DNA of 64,000 bases. It comes from Calditrichales bacterium (GTDB lineage: Bacteria > Calditrichota > Calditrichia > Calditrichales > J004). Both the position numbers and the translations under genes were made by a program. The notes below the pieces were generated by a model. The model searched no databases. It had not been told where the DNA came from and worked only from the letters and a program-made list of their open reading frames with translations. The DNA is taken from positions 800,001 through 864,000 of the forward strand of contig OZ254086.1 in assembly GCA_965267575.1 (NCBI GenBank), given 5' to 3'. The stretch's first letter is position 1. Each line of letters opens with the position of its first letter. Positions 26,448 through 36,798 of this stretch are shown in pieces.

Positions 26448-28337
26448 ATGAACTTTACGATCCGCAATAATCTGCAAACGCACTACAGTGACATCTATAC
26501 CCCTGAAGCGCTGGAGGTTCTGAACAGCCTGCAACATCTTAATGAAGAGCGTCTGCACCTGATGCGGAAACGTGTCAACCGGCGCACAGAACGTTTTAAC
26601 AAAAAACAGCGCATTGATTTCCTGAATCCGAGCGAAAAAATCCCCGGCACCAGCATCACCGTGCAACAGGCCCGTGAAGGAAAATTTGAAGGCTCCGACA
26701 TACCACATGACCTGCAGCGTCAATGGATACAGGGCACGGGTCCCGCGGCCAAACCCAACAGCAGCGTGGAAAAGTCAATCCGCAACGTGGCTTACGCCCT
26801 GCTCTCCGGCGCCGACGGCTGGATGTTTGACGGCGAAGACGCCTTGGGACAAATCAACAGCATGTCGCTGGACAACCAGCGTAATCTTAAACTGGCTATC
26901 AGCCGCAACGTGATTTTTCTGGAAGCAGCCAAAACCGTGGCCACGGAAATGAACGCCTGGGCGCGTAATTTTTTTGGCCGCTCCATCATCGCCGACTGGC
27001 GCGAGCAGCTGGATTTTACCACTGTCATTTTCCGCGCGCGCGGCCTGCACCTGGACGATCGCCATACGCGCGACGCGAAAGGCAACGGTCTATCAGCATC
27101 GCTCGTAGATGCCGTGCTTTACGTGGTAAATAACTACGAGGCGCTACAACAGCAAAAGCGCTCCGTTGTACTTTACCTGCCCAAAATTCAAACCGCGGAA
27201 GAGGCCGCTTTTTGGCATAAAATGCTTGGTGCCTTGGAGCAGCATCTTGGTCTGGAGGTTGGCACCATCAAAGTATATGTGCTGGTAGAACAATTGGAAG
27301 CCACCTTTCAGCTTATGGAAATCCGCGCCGCGCTGGGTGTGCGCTTTGTGGGCTACAACACCGGCCGATGGGACTATATCAACTCCGTTTCCGATGCCAT
27401 GGCCTGGGACGAGGAATTCATCAATCCCAATATCGAAGAAATAGTAATGACGTATGGCTATATGCGCCACTACGAAGACCGCGTGCGGCGCTGCGTGAAC
27501 ACACCGGACCAAAACGGCAACTTCGCTTTGTGGCAGGGCGGCATGGAGCCCAACATCCCTGTCGGTTCGGAAGTGGGTATTAAAAACAGCATGGAAAAAG
27601 CCGTGGCCGGGGCCAGGCGTGAGCAGCAGGAAGGCGCCAGCGGCAAGTGGGTGGCGCATTGGCGCATGGTACACATTGTACGTCCCGTGTGGGAAGAGGC
27701 GGGTGAAGACAATCAGCTTGGACGCAATTTTCCCGCGTTGACCTACACGCAGCACGATGCCGACAACCTGTTGTTGCTTGAGCCGGCTGAGCGCAGCATT
27801 CGTGGTGCGCGCAATTTGCTAAGCGTGGCCCTGCAATACGGCAACGCTTTTGGTCAGGGTATGCAGGCGGCGGCGTTGAAGCCGGCCGACTATTTTGGCA
27901 ATGATGATATTCTTTACCTGATGGAAGACATGGCCACGGGTGAAATCCGTATGAGCATTTTGTGGGAGTGGATTCACAAAAAGGCAAAGCTCAACAAGGA
28001 TGATGAGGAAACAGGCTTAAAGGCCGGCGACCTGTTCAGCATAGAGATTTTTGAAAGGTTGCTACAGGAAGAATACGATAAACTACTGCAGGCCCGTGAT
28101 AAAGATGTGTTTGATCATTCCAAGAAAACCACCCTGCCCATTGCCAGGGAAATCGTTAAAGCCTACATCAACGAAGAGATCAAAATACCGTGGTACATTG
28201 ATCTGCTGAATATAAATCTGAACAACATGAATATGGATACGGCCCGCAAACGCATTCAAAACTATTTAAAAGCTTTTAAAAAGGACGGCACCAGGATTAC
28301 GGAGAACCTGGACTTCTCGGCAACACTGTCATCCTGA
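26448..28337 (+). CDS. aceB: Malate synthase
   Basis: MFDGEDA, FRARGLHL, YLPKIQ, VLVEQ, NTGRWDYINS, KWVAH, LMEDMATGEI; ATG 26448; upstream of isocitrate lyase. Confidence 0.88.
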   Translation: MNFTIRNNLQTHYSDIYTPEALEVLNSLQHLNEERLHLMRKRVNRRTERFNKKQRIDFLNPSEKIPGTSITVQQAREGKFEGSDIPHDLQRQWIQGTGPAAKPNSSVEKSIRNVAYALLSGADGWMFDGEDALGQINSMSLDNQRNLKLAISRNVIFLEAAKTVATEMNAWARNFFGRSIIADWREQLDFTTVIFRARGLHLDDRHTRDAKGNGLSASLVDAVLYVVNNYEALQQQKRSVVLYLPKIQTAEEAAFWHKMLGALEQHLGLEVGTIKVYVLVEQLEATFQLMEIRAALGVRFVGYNTGRWDYINSVSDAMAWDEEFINPNIEEIVMTYGYMRHYEDRVRRCVNTPDQNGNFALWQGGMEPNIPVGSEVGIKNSMEKAVAGARREQQEGASGKWVAHWRMVHIVRPVWEEAGEDNQLGRNFPALTYTQHDADNLLLLEPAERSIRGARNLLSVALQYGNAFGQGMQAAALKPADYFGNDDILYLMEDMATGEIRMSILWEWIHKKAKLNKDDEETGLKAGDLFSIEIFERLLQEEYDKLLQARDKDVFDHSKKTTLPIAREIVKAYINEEIKIPWYIDLLNINLNNMNMDTARKRIQNYLKAFKKDGTRITENLDFSATLSS

Positions 28338-28396
28338 ATACATTTCAGGATCCAAAGGCAGGCGGAAGAAGATGCTGAAACGAGTTCAGCATGACG
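28327..28396. repeat. Inverted dimer of CGTC/TGTC-tagged REP-like palindromes
   Basis: tgtcatcctgaa-tacat-ttcaggatc ... gatgctgaa-acgag-ttcagcatgacg. Confidence 0.75.
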
Positions 28397-28456
28397 TTTA
28401 ATCGCCAGCGTGGTCCGAAATAAAGAATGAAACTTTCATAAAAGCAGGAGAGCCTC

Positions 28457-30718
28457 ATGGACAGATTTGAAAAAGATGTGCTGCAAACCAGGGAGTGGTT
28501 TAAAGGCCCGCGTTTTAAGGGCATCAACCGGCTGTACAGCGCCCGCCAGATTGCGGAACAGCGTGGTACTATTACCAACAGCTACCCGGTTGCCCAAAAC
28601 GCCGCCGCGGAATTTTACGATCTCCTGCGTGAGCTGTTTGCCAAAGGTGAATCGATAACAACCTTTGGACCCTATTCGCCGGGGCAGGCGGTTATGATGA
28701 AGCGTCTGGGGATAAAAGGTATCTACCTGGGCGGCTGGGCTACATCGGCCAAAGGCTCCGTAAGCGAAGATCCCGGCGCCGACCTGGCCAGCTATCCCCT
28801 GAGCCAGGTGCCCAACGAAGCGGCACCCATTGTCCGTGCTTTGCTGGCAGCCGATAAAAATCAGCAATACCTGCGCTCGCGCATGACCGAAGCGGAACGT
28901 AAAAAAACACCCGAGTATGACTACCGTCCGTTCATTATTGCCGACGCCGATACCGGTCATGGCGGCGACGCCCATGTACGCAACCTGATCCGCCGTTTCG
29001 TGGAGGCCGGTGTGACCGGTTACCACATCGAAGACCAGCGCGCGGGCACCAAAAAATGCGGCCACCAGGGCGGTAAAGTGCTCGTTTCCATCGACGAACA
29101 GATCAAGCGGCTCAACTCGGCGCGTTTCCAACTGGACGTGATGAACGTGCCGGGCATCATCGTGGCCCGCACCGATGCCGAAGCGGCCACGCTTTTGGAC
29201 AACAACGGCGATGATCGCGACCATCCGTTTATCCTCGGGGTGACCAACCTGGAAATCCCCAGTTACAAAACCTGTATGCTCGCCATCATGAAGCGTTTTT
29301 ACGACAAAGGCGTGGAAGAAATCAACGGCCACCAGCTATACGATCTAAGCGAGAGCAGCTATAAAAAGGCGTTGCACTGGTTTGAAAGCGCCGCTATCCT
29401 TGAAAAAATCGATGCTGAAATCAAGGCTTACAGCGATGGCAGCCAGCACCTGGTGGATCGCGCTTTAAACGCCGCGCAAGACCTGTTTGTTGAAGCCTGG
29501 GAAGTGGAATCGGGTTTGACCACATACCCCGAAGCGGTGGCTGAAGCGATGCGTTTTCAGCAGGAGGAAGGCACGGAGTTCCCGATGAGCGCCGACGAAT
29601 GGCTGGAATATGCCGGTTCGGTTTCTCTGGAAGAGGCTCGCGCCAAAACATTGGAAATGGACCTTGATGAAGTGCCCTGGAGCGCCGAGCTTTCGCGCAC
29701 ACCTGAAGGCTACTACCAGGTACGCGGCGGCATTCCTTACGCCATCGCCAAGTCACTTGCCGTGGCTCCCTATTGTGATATCCTGTGGATGGAAACAAAA
29801 ACGGCCAAACTGGAAGATGCCAAAAAGTTTGCCGATGCCATCCACGCCGTTTACCCGGACAAAATGCTGGCCTACAACCTGTCTCCTTCCTTTAACTGGG
29901 ATACTACCGGCATGAACGACGAGGAGATGCGCGCCTTCCCGATCGAGTTGGGCAAGATGGGTTTTGTGTTCAATTTTATCACCTACGGCGGGCACCAGAT
30001 CGACGGGTTGGTGGCCGAGGAATTTGCCACATCGCTACAGCAAAACGGCATGCTGGCGCTGGCCCGGTTGCAGCGCAAACTGCGTCTGCTGGAATCGCCC
30101 TACAAAACCCCGCAAACCCACGTCGGCGGCCCCAGGCTGGATGGCGCGTTGGCCGCTTCGTCGGGTCGCACCGCCACCACCAAGGCCATGGGCAAAGGTT
30201 CCACCCAATTCCAGCATCTGGTACAAACCGAAGTGCCGGTACAATTGCTGGACGGCTGGCTGGAGCTGTGGAGCAAACACTACAACATCACCGGCACACT
30301 AACCGCGAAATTGCGTCCGCACCACGCCGGCTCGGAATTGTTGGAACTGCGCGTACAGGATGAGTTTGGCAACAAAATGTCGGACATCGTATTTGCCGTC
30401 ATTCAGGACCGCCGTAACAAGAACATCCTGTCCGTGCGCGACCAGAACAATCACAATGAAAATTTCCGCATGAAGCGTTTTATGACGTTGAACCAGATCT
30501 TTTTACTGCACCGCTACAAGGCGCACTCCATCCATTACGTGACGCCCAACGAGGACAACCGCCGCCAGACGGAGGGTATGAAAAAGCTGGGCATCTTCAG
30601 CGAGGTGAGCAAGGAGATCGGCGACATCATCGTGGCCACGGTTAACCGCGACAAGGTGCTGGAGCTGCTGAAGGAAGACCGAGTGAAGCTGAAGAAGCTG
30701 ATCGCCAAGGAAGAGTGA
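28457..30718 (+). CDS. aceA: Isocitrate lyase, long Icl2-type with C-terminal extension
   Basis: [55 protein letters not shown]; 753 aa. Confidence 0.95.
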   Translation: MDRFEKDVLQTREWFKGPRFKGINRLYSARQIAEQRGTITNSYPVAQNAAAEFYDLLRELFAKGESITTFGPYSPGQAVMMKRLGIKGIYLGGWATSAKGSVSEDPGADLASYPLSQVPNEAAPIVRALLAADKNQQYLRSRMTEAERKKTPEYDYRPFIIADADTGHGGDAHVRNLIRRFVEAGVTGYHIEDQRAGTKKCGHQGGKVLVSIDEQIKRLNSARFQLDVMNVPGIIVARTDAEAATLLDNNGDDRDHPFILGVTNLEIPSYKTCMLAIMKRFYDKGVEEINGHQLYDLSESSYKKALHWFESAAILEKIDAEIKAYSDGSQHLVDRALNAAQDLFVEAWEVESGLTTYPEAVAEAMRFQQEEGTEFPMSADEWLEYAGSVSLEEARAKTLEMDLDEVPWSAELSRTPEGYYQVRGGIPYAIAKSLAVAPYCDILWMETKTAKLEDAKKFADAIHAVYPDKMLAYNLSPSFNWDTTGMNDEEMRAFPIELGKMGFVFNFITYGGHQIDGLVAEEFATSLQQNGMLALARLQRKLRLLESPYKTPQTHVGGPRLDGALAASSGRTATTKAMGKGSTQFQHLVQTEVPVQLLDGWLELWSKHYNITGTLTAKLRPHHAGSELLELRVQDEFGNKMSDIVFAVIQDRRNKNILSVRDQNNHNENFRMKRFMTLNQIFLLHRYKAHSIHYVTPNEDNRRQTEGMKKLGIFSEVSKEIGDIIVATVNRDKVLELLKEDRVKLKKLIAKEE

Positions 30719-30758
30719 AAGATGTGCTAGTGTGTAAAGTATTATTGTGTTAATGCTG

Positions 30759-30790
30759 GGGCGCTGGGGATGCGCCCTTTCTTTATTTTC
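30759..30790 (+). terminator. Probable intrinsic terminator after aceA
   Basis: gggcgc-tggggat-gcgccc followed by tttctttatttt. Confidence 0.55.
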
Positions 30791-30802
30791 AGGATTTAGA
30801 TT

Positions 30803-31642
30803 CTAAAAGTGCGGTAACCACATACCCATGGTTGTGGCAAATATGCCGACTGCCATAATGCCGGTCAGCAAGAAAATAAACGCGGCCACCAGCGAAGAGC
30901 CTGTTTGGCCCGCGCGTGATTCGGCCCAAAAGAATAATTCCAATACTGCAAGCGGCAGCAGGTATTGGGCAAAAGCGAGGATATCCAAAAACGGGCCGCG
31001 GAAAGTGGCCATATCAAAACCCACCGGACCCCCGTGGATAAACAGCCACAACATCAACCCGATCCGGAAAAACCAAACCCCGCTGACGGCCATAAACAAC
31101 CGCAATATCCAACGCCGGTGACGTGTAATACGCCGCGCCATAGCGTGGCGCAGGGCGATATACCCAAAAACCATAATTAAAACAGCGTTGATACTGATGC
31201 TGACGGCGCCAAGGGGTCCACTGGCCGACCCTCGAATAAATATCATGTAAAGACCGTCGAGACTGATGGCAAAAGCGGTAAACATGTATATTCTGCCATT
31301 AATGCGGTGCAGCAATGGAAGGCGGGCTCGCAGCTGTGCGGAAAATTGTAGGGGAGCCAATACAAGAATAATAAAGGCAAGCAGAATGTGCACAGCCACG
31401 GCCAGATTGCCCATCGTATCGCCAGACACGTATCCATGAGGCATAAAAGTATTCCATGCTTCAAACTCCCCGCGTACGGCGGAGCGGCCATATAAGGCGA
31501 TGAGATAATAGGCGAAGATCCACTGACCGACTACAGCCACGCTGAACCAGGCCAGGGCCGCTTTAGCCAGCAGGCCGCTTCCACGCTGAGCCGGTGGCGC
31601 GATAATTTGGTTTCCTGCACTTACGGTATCTTTTATGTTCAT
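30803..31642 (-). CDS. DUF2306-family membrane protein
   Basis: VHIL, LHRINGRIY, HRRWILR conserved His pattern; multiple TMs. Confidence 0.8.
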   Translation of the reverse strand: MNIKDTVSAGNQIIAPPAQRGSGLLAKAALAWFSVAVVGQWIFAYYLIALYGRSAVRGEFEAWNTFMPHGYVSGDTMGNLAVAVHILLAFIILVLAPLQFSAQLRARLPLLHRINGRIYMFTAFAISLDGLYMIFIRGSASGPLGAVSISINAVLIMVFGYIALRHAMARRITRHRRWILRLFMAVSGVWFFRIGLMLWLFIHGGPVGFDMATFRGPFLDILAFAQYLLPLAVLELFFWAESRAGQTGSSLVAAFIFLLTGIMAVGIFATTMGMWLPHF

Positions 31643-31675
31643 GGCTTTTCCCGGGGATGTTGCTGATGTGCCTGA

Positions 31676-31701
31676 TACGGGCTTTCGCGATGCTTGTTAC
31701 A
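31676..31701 (-). promoter_or_regulatory. Putative ECF sigma factor promoter
   Basis: Minus strand TGTAAC-N16-CGTA, ending about 34 bp upstream of the DUF2306 start. Confidence 0.5.
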
Positions 31702-31929
31702 TAAGTGTATTCACGCGGCAACGCTCTGACCGGTTATATTTATAACACGGCTTTTTGTGACGCGCTTGGGTTGTGTCGAAAGAACAAAGTTTAAATTGAC
31801 CCACAATTTATTTCTATAAACACACCTAGCTTCATTCTACAACTTTTTAAATGAAAGGAGCCCGGTCCGGTAATTACCTTTTATTTTTTGTACCTGATAT
31901 ACAACCCACCACAACCAGGAGGATATTTG

Positions 31930-32718
31930 ATGAAGAGATCAAATAGGCTATTCACTCTCGTTTTGCTTCTTTCCGTTTTTATGCTTGTACAGTGCAGTAA
32001 TGAACCGGTGCTCGAACCGAATGACAGCATGAATTCAAACGCCGCGTTGTTTAAAAGCAATTTGCCCAACAACGAATATATAAAGGTTTTTCATACAACA
32101 CGCACCATCGAAATTGATGGTACGGACAAAGAGTGGGTGAACGCTCCCAAGCATGTCATGCGCGTTTATTATAATCTGCCCGATCCCATTGACGATAAAT
32201 CCGATTTATACTCCTATTTCAGGATGGCCTGGGACGACCAGAATGTTTACGTGTTTGTAAACGTGCAGGATAACGTGATCAGCGTGGATGCTGTGGATGA
32301 TTTTAATAAAGACAGTTTTGAGCTGTTTTTAGATGGTGACAACAGCAAAAACGGTCCAGCCGATGCCAATATACCTCATCCCTACCCGGGTTCTTATGAC
32401 TTTAATGACGAACAAATGCGCTTTATCTGGCAGCAGGCGCCTACGCGTTTCCCCTGGTTTTATGATCCAAGCCCGATTGATTACGCCTATCTTGAGACCG
32501 AAAAAGGCTGGAATGTGGAAATAAAGATTCCTTTTAGTACCCTGAATGATTTTCCGGCTGAACCGGGCCATGTGTTTGGTGTTGAGTTCCACGTGAACGA
32601 TAACGACGGCACGGGAAGAGAGAATTTTGTGAAATGGAATTCTGAGAGTGATTTTACCTTTTTGTATCCGAGCCTGTTTGGATCGGCCTACCTGTTTAAA
32701 AGCAACGGCAATAATTGA
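31930..32718 (+). CDS. Lipoprotein with CBM9-like (DOMON-fold) sugar-binding domain
   Basis: Lipobox LVQC; IEIDG..EW, MAWDDQNVYV.V.VQD, DSFELFLD, VEIKIPF, G.EFHVNDND. Confidence 0.8.
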   Translation: MKRSNRLFTLVLLLSVFMLVQCSNEPVLEPNDSMNSNAALFKSNLPNNEYIKVFHTTRTIEIDGTDKEWVNAPKHVMRVYYNLPDPIDDKSDLYSYFRMAWDDQNVYVFVNVQDNVISVDAVDDFNKDSFELFLDGDNSKNGPADANIPHPYPGSYDFNDEQMRFIWQQAPTRFPWFYDPSPIDYAYLETEKGWNVEIKIPFSTLNDFPAEPGHVFGVEFHVNDNDGTGRENFVKWNSESDFTFLYPSLFGSAYLFKSNGNN

Positions 32719-32724
32719 TCTAAC

Positions 32725-32754
32725 AAGGCGCGTCCTTCAGGCCGCGCCTTTTTT
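32725..32754. terminator. Intrinsic terminator between convergent genes
   Basis: aaggcgcg...cgcgcctttttt. Confidence 0.75.
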
Positions 32755-32762
32755 ATTTCTTT

Positions 32763-33506
32763 TTACTTAATAATAAATGCTAACGAATTAATCGGCCGGC
32801 CGGCATTGTCTCCGGGGCAACGTGCTTTGACGTCCGTAAAAAGATAGATATCTCCCGGTTTGGCCTGGTTGACAAGACGCCTGGCAACATCGTTGTAGCG
32901 GGCACCCGCGTTTTGAACCGTAATAGCGTCCTGGCGCCTGGGGATGTAGGTCAGTGTAAATCCCTGGATGGCACATGCGGCATCAAAATCAAAATTATCA
33001 AGAAAAGCGCCCAACCCACCCTGTGCTTTGAATTCGCCATTGCCCATTTCGTCGCCACTGCTGCTGGAAAGCCGCGCAACCGGGTCGGGGATGCGTTTTG
33101 CCCGGAACGTAAAACTTGTCCTGACTTCCGCGCCCGAAACATTGATGCGTACTTCTCCCGGCGATGAGACCGTCACATTGTAAGAGTTCGCGCCCGTTTT
33201 GCGGATTTGGGCACCGCCACCCGTTACGGAAACATTCAAATCGTTGGGATCTACTCCGTTGGCCTGTATCCGTACGGGATTGTCCACACCTATGTAGAAT
33301 ACGTTCATTTTCTCCGCGTTTACCGAAACATGCGGTCGCGTAGTGCCCGGCCCTTCAGGAACATAGACAGTGTCCCGCACGGTGATCGTATCGTGTACAA
33401 CTACCGTATCGACAGTGCCGTCGCCGCCGGTTTTGTCTTTGGAATTACAGTGAAAAAGAAGCAGACTCAAGCCAAACAGCATCAGGATGGGGAACACGCG
33501 TTTCAT
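32763..33506 (-). CDS. Lipoprotein carrying only the C-terminal Ig domains of GldM/PorM
   Basis: Lipobox LFHC; EKMNVFYIGVDNPVRI..G, FRAKRIPDP, NFDFD...GF.L; ATG 33506 with AAGGAG RBS. Confidence 0.75.
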   Translation of the reverse strand: MKRVFPILMLFGLSLLLFHCNSKDKTGGDGTVDTVVVHDTITVRDTVYVPEGPGTTRPHVSVNAEKMNVFYIGVDNPVRIQANGVDPNDLNVSVTGGGAQIRKTGANSYNVTVSSPGEVRINVSGAEVRTSFTFRAKRIPDPVARLSSSSGDEMGNGEFKAQGGLGAFLDNFDFDAACAIQGFTLTYIPRRQDAITVQNAGARYNDVARRLVNQAKPGDIYLFTDVKARCPGDNAGRPINSLAFIIK

Positions 33507-33655
33507 AGCGATCTCCTTTAGATTGTAACAGCGCCACACCATTGCACTGAGCTAAGCCGGAAACGCGGAGGGGAAAGCAGCAGTGCGCCGCAAACATAAC
33601 TATTTTGGGTAGATAAAGCGAATTACACATTTCTGCTGACTTTCAAAAAATACAG

Positions 33656-33685
33656 CCATTCATCCCACCCAAACGACCACCCGTC
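33656..33685 (+). promoter_or_regulatory. Putative LytTR direct-repeat binding site
   Basis: ccattcatc and ccacccgtc at a 21 bp period (AlgR-type CCGTTCGTC-like), upstream of an operon encoding a LytTR regulator. Confidence 0.45.
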
Positions 33686-33760
33686 GGAAACTGCTTCGCT
33701 ATATATAAAAGAGTGGCGATCTTGCCTGCAACAAAAAAAACTAACCGATGGAGGTAAGCA

Positions 33761-34891
33761 ATGAGAATTCTTTATTTGATAACTGCCATGGTTCTGTTAG
33801 CTGCCGGTACCCTGCCCGCATCCGAGTACCGTGCCCAGGAGACCGTCCACATCATCGAGGGCGATACACTGTCAAACAACCTGTTTGCCACCGGCAACCG
33901 CATTGATGTGGAGGGTGTCGTAAAGGGCAGTCTTTTTTCTGCCGGCGAACGCAGTGAGATGCAGGGCCGCGTAATGGGCAACATGTTCAGCGGCAGCCGC
34001 GATGTCATGGTGCGCGGAACCGTTGAAGGCCTGGTGGCTGTTGCCGGGGAGAATATCACCATCGACGGCGTTGTGCTGGACGATGTGCTGGCTTTTGGCG
34101 GGCGCGTTATTGTGACGGAGCGTGCAGATATCCGCGGCAACCTTTTCGCCGGCACAGGAAACATCATCCTGGAAGAAGGCAGCCGCGTGGGCGGTAACTT
34201 GCGTGGCGGCGCGGGATGGGCTACGCTGAACGGCAGTATCGCAGGTGAAGTTGAGTTCCAGGCCGACTTCATTGCTTTTGGCGATGACTTTGCCGCAAGC
34301 GGACCTGTGGCGCTAAAACTGCACAAAAGATGGATGGAGCGCGAGATCGAAAATCTACCCGATAACGCGACAATTGCCTACACGGAAACAGAGCGCTTTT
34401 TCCTATCCGGTTTTTTCTACTGGTCCCTTTTATCCATGTTTGTGTTGGGCATTATTTACCTACTTCTCTTTAAAAACGCCTCGCGTGATCAGCTTGTCTA
34501 CGCAAAAGAAAATCCGGGCATGAGCCTGCTAAGCGGTCTCGGTGTGCTTGTGGGTATACCTGTGGCAGTTGTTATTCTTGCCGTAATGGTAATTACCATA
34601 CCGGTTGCGTTGATCCTGCTGCTGCTGTACGGCATTGCGGTGTATGTCAGCACCATTTTTGCATCATTGTATGTGGGCCGTCTTATTCTCGCCCGCAACA
34701 ACGGCCTGCGGTCGGCCGGCAGCTACATAGGCGCACTGGCGCTGGGTCTGCTTATCATTTTCCTGGTAACGGAGATTCCGTTCCTTGGCGGATTGATTCA
34801 ACTGGCGGTTATCTGTTTTGGCCTGGGTGGATTTGTATCCTATTTGTGGTATCATTATAAAAGCAACAGGGAACAAGCGGCAGGCGCGTGA
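33761..34891 (+). CDS. Membrane protein with N-terminal beta-helix (polymer-forming/bactofilin-like repeats) and multi-TM C-terminus
   Basis: Signal peptide; repeated V.G.V.GNLF.AG units; about 6 TMs ending IPFLGG. Confidence 0.7.
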   Translation: MRILYLITAMVLLAAGTLPASEYRAQETVHIIEGDTLSNNLFATGNRIDVEGVVKGSLFSAGERSEMQGRVMGNMFSGSRDVMVRGTVEGLVAVAGENITIDGVVLDDVLAFGGRVIVTERADIRGNLFAGTGNIILEEGSRVGGNLRGGAGWATLNGSIAGEVEFQADFIAFGDDFAASGPVALKLHKRWMEREIENLPDNATIAYTETERFFLSGFFYWSLLSMFVLGIIYLLLFKNASRDQLVYAKENPGMSLLSGLGVLVGIPVAVVILAVMVITIPVALILLLLYGIAVYVSTIFASLYVGRLILARNNGLRSAGSYIGALALGLLIIFLVTEIPFLGGLIQLAVICFGLGGFVSYLWYHYKSNREQAAGA

Positions 34892-35994
34892 ACACATTTC
34901 TTAAATCAACAATAATTATAAGCGCCATCGGTTTAGGTGGCGCTTTTTTAAGTTATTTTTTCTGGAACGATAACGGGAAGCTTGCAGCATCCGTTTTGCT
35001 GGGTTTTTATTACCCCGTCGCCTTGCTGGCGCTTTTTGCGTTTTTGAATAAACTGCTGGCTAACCGGCTCAGCGTTTTTTCCGGTGGCCAACAGTGGCTG
35101 TTGCGGGCCGTGCTCTACCTGATGGTTTTTACCCTGGTTTACCTCGCCGGACTGATGCTGCAAATCGTGCTGCTGTATCCCGTTTCGGTGGAGGATTTGC
35201 GCCTGGCCACCTGGAGCATGCTGGCCGACGTGATAACCGCCACCGCCGAAGAAAAGGATCTGCGTCAACTGCTTTCGCCGGAATTCCGCAGTTTTATTTT
35301 TAGCTTTATTGCGCTGATTGTTTTGGTGGGCCTGGCCAGCGTGGTGGGCAGCTGGATCGAGATTCGCTGGAAGGAAAACCGCAACCGCGCGGCCCTGCAG
35401 CGCGCCGAACTGAACGCATTGCGCTCGCAGATTGAACCGCACTTTCTGTTCAACGCGCTTAACACCATCACCAGCCTGATACAAAGCGAGCCCGCCAAAG
35501 CTGAAAAACTGCTTATTGATCTGAGCGACCTGCTGCGCTACGTCTTTCGCAATTCCAATGAAGAGCGCGTGCCGCTGTCCCGTGAGCTGGAGTTTGCGCG
35601 GCGTTACCTGGCGCTGCTACAGGAACGTTTTGGCGATGCCCTTTCCGTTAACTGGCACATTTCCGCGGATGTGGAGCAGATCGAAGTGCCTGTATTTTTG
35701 CTGCAGCCGCTCATCGAAAATGCTATCAACCACGGCTGGAGCGACAAGACAAAAACACTGCAACTGCAGATAAGCCTGGCCAGGGAAAAGAACGCGCTCA
35801 AAATCAAGATCAGTGACAATGGTGCCGGTATAAGGCAAAGCCGTCTCAGCCGTTTGCCGCAATCGGGCCACGCTTTGGGCAACATTGCCGAACGCCTGTT
35901 TTTATACTATCACCGTAATGATTTGCTCGCGATCGTTTCGCAGCACGGGCAGGGCACACAGGTAACCATAACCATTCCCGTGGATAAAAAATGA
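34888..35994 (+). CDS. LytS-type sensor histidine kinase
   Basis: SQIEPHFLFNALNTI, QPLIENAINHG, DNGAG; GTGA overlap with the upstream gene. Confidence 0.92.
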   Translation: MNTFLKSTIIISAIGLGGAFLSYFFWNDNGKLAASVLLGFYYPVALLALFAFLNKLLANRLSVFSGGQQWLLRAVLYLMVFTLVYLAGLMLQIVLLYPVSVEDLRLATWSMLADVITATAEEKDLRQLLSPEFRSFIFSFIALIVLVGLASVVGSWIEIRWKENRNRAALQRAELNALRSQIEPHFLFNALNTITSLIQSEPAKAEKLLIDLSDLLRYVFRNSNEERVPLSRELEFARRYLALLQERFGDALSVNWHISADVEQIEVPVFLLQPLIENAINHGWSDKTKTLQLQISLAREKNALKIKISDNGAGIRQSRLSRLPQSGHALGNIAERLFLYYHRNDLLAIVSQHGQGTQVTITIPVDKK

Positions 35995-36743
35995 TGATAC
36001 AAACCTACATCGTAGAAGACGAAAAACCGGCATTAAAGCGGCTGCGCGAAATGCTCGAGGAGCTGGAAGACATCGAGATCATCGGCCACAGCGCCAGCGG
36101 CAAACAGGCTGTCGCGGAAATCGACGCCCTGAAACCGCAACTGCTTTTCCTGGACATCCACCTGCCCGACATCTCCGGCATTGACGTGCTGCATGTCTGC
36201 GAACACACCCCGGCGATTATTTTTACCACCGCCTATGACCAATACGCCATCGAAGCGTTCGAACTGCGGGCGCTGGATTACCTGCTGAAGCCTTTCTCCA
36301 AAGAACGTCTGCATGAAGCCGTGGAACGGGCGCGGGAGTCGATTACCAAACCGGCTCCCGATGCGTCGCTGCAGCAGTTGTTGGCGCAATGGCAGCCGCC
36401 GGCTCACCGCCTCAAACGCATCGCTTCCAAAATCGGCGACCGCATCTATGTGTTTAACGATGATGATGTGGTTTATTTTGCCAGCGATAACAAGCTGGTT
36501 TTCGCCCACCTGCAAAATGAAAAACACCTGATCAACTACACGCTGGATCAACTGGAAACACGGCTGGACCACCAGAAGTTTTTCCGCATCCACCGCTCCA
36601 CCATTGTCAACCTCAACTATGTCGATAAAATCGAAGCCTGGTTCAGCGGTGGTTATAAAATGACTGTCCGCGATAAAGAGAAAACCGAGCTTAATATCAG
36701 TCGCAACGCCGGCAGAGCGCTGCGCGAAAAACTGGGCTGGTGA
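35991..36743 (+). CDS. LytTR-family response regulator
   Basis: VEDEKPA, FLDIHLP, FTTAYDQYA, DYLLKP, FFRIHRSTIVN. Confidence 0.94.
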   Translation: MMIQTYIVEDEKPALKRLREMLEELEDIEIIGHSASGKQAVAEIDALKPQLLFLDIHLPDISGIDVLHVCEHTPAIIFTTAYDQYAIEAFELRALDYLLKPFSKERLHEAVERARESITKPAPDASLQQLLAQWQPPAHRLKRIASKIGDRIYVFNDDDVVYFASDNKLVFAHLQNEKHLINYTLDQLETRLDHQKFFRIHRSTIVNLNYVDKIEAWFSGGYKMTVRDKEKTELNISRNAGRALREKLGW

Positions 36744-36753
36744 AAGAGTGTAC

Positions 36754-36776
36754 TAAGGTGTTAAGGTGTTAAGGTG
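36754..36776. repeat. Short tandem repeat (TAAGGTGT) x3
   Basis: taaggtgt taaggtgt taaggtg just after the LytTR stop. Confidence 0.7.
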
Positions 36777-36798
36777 CGGGAATGTGTCCCGGGAAAAG

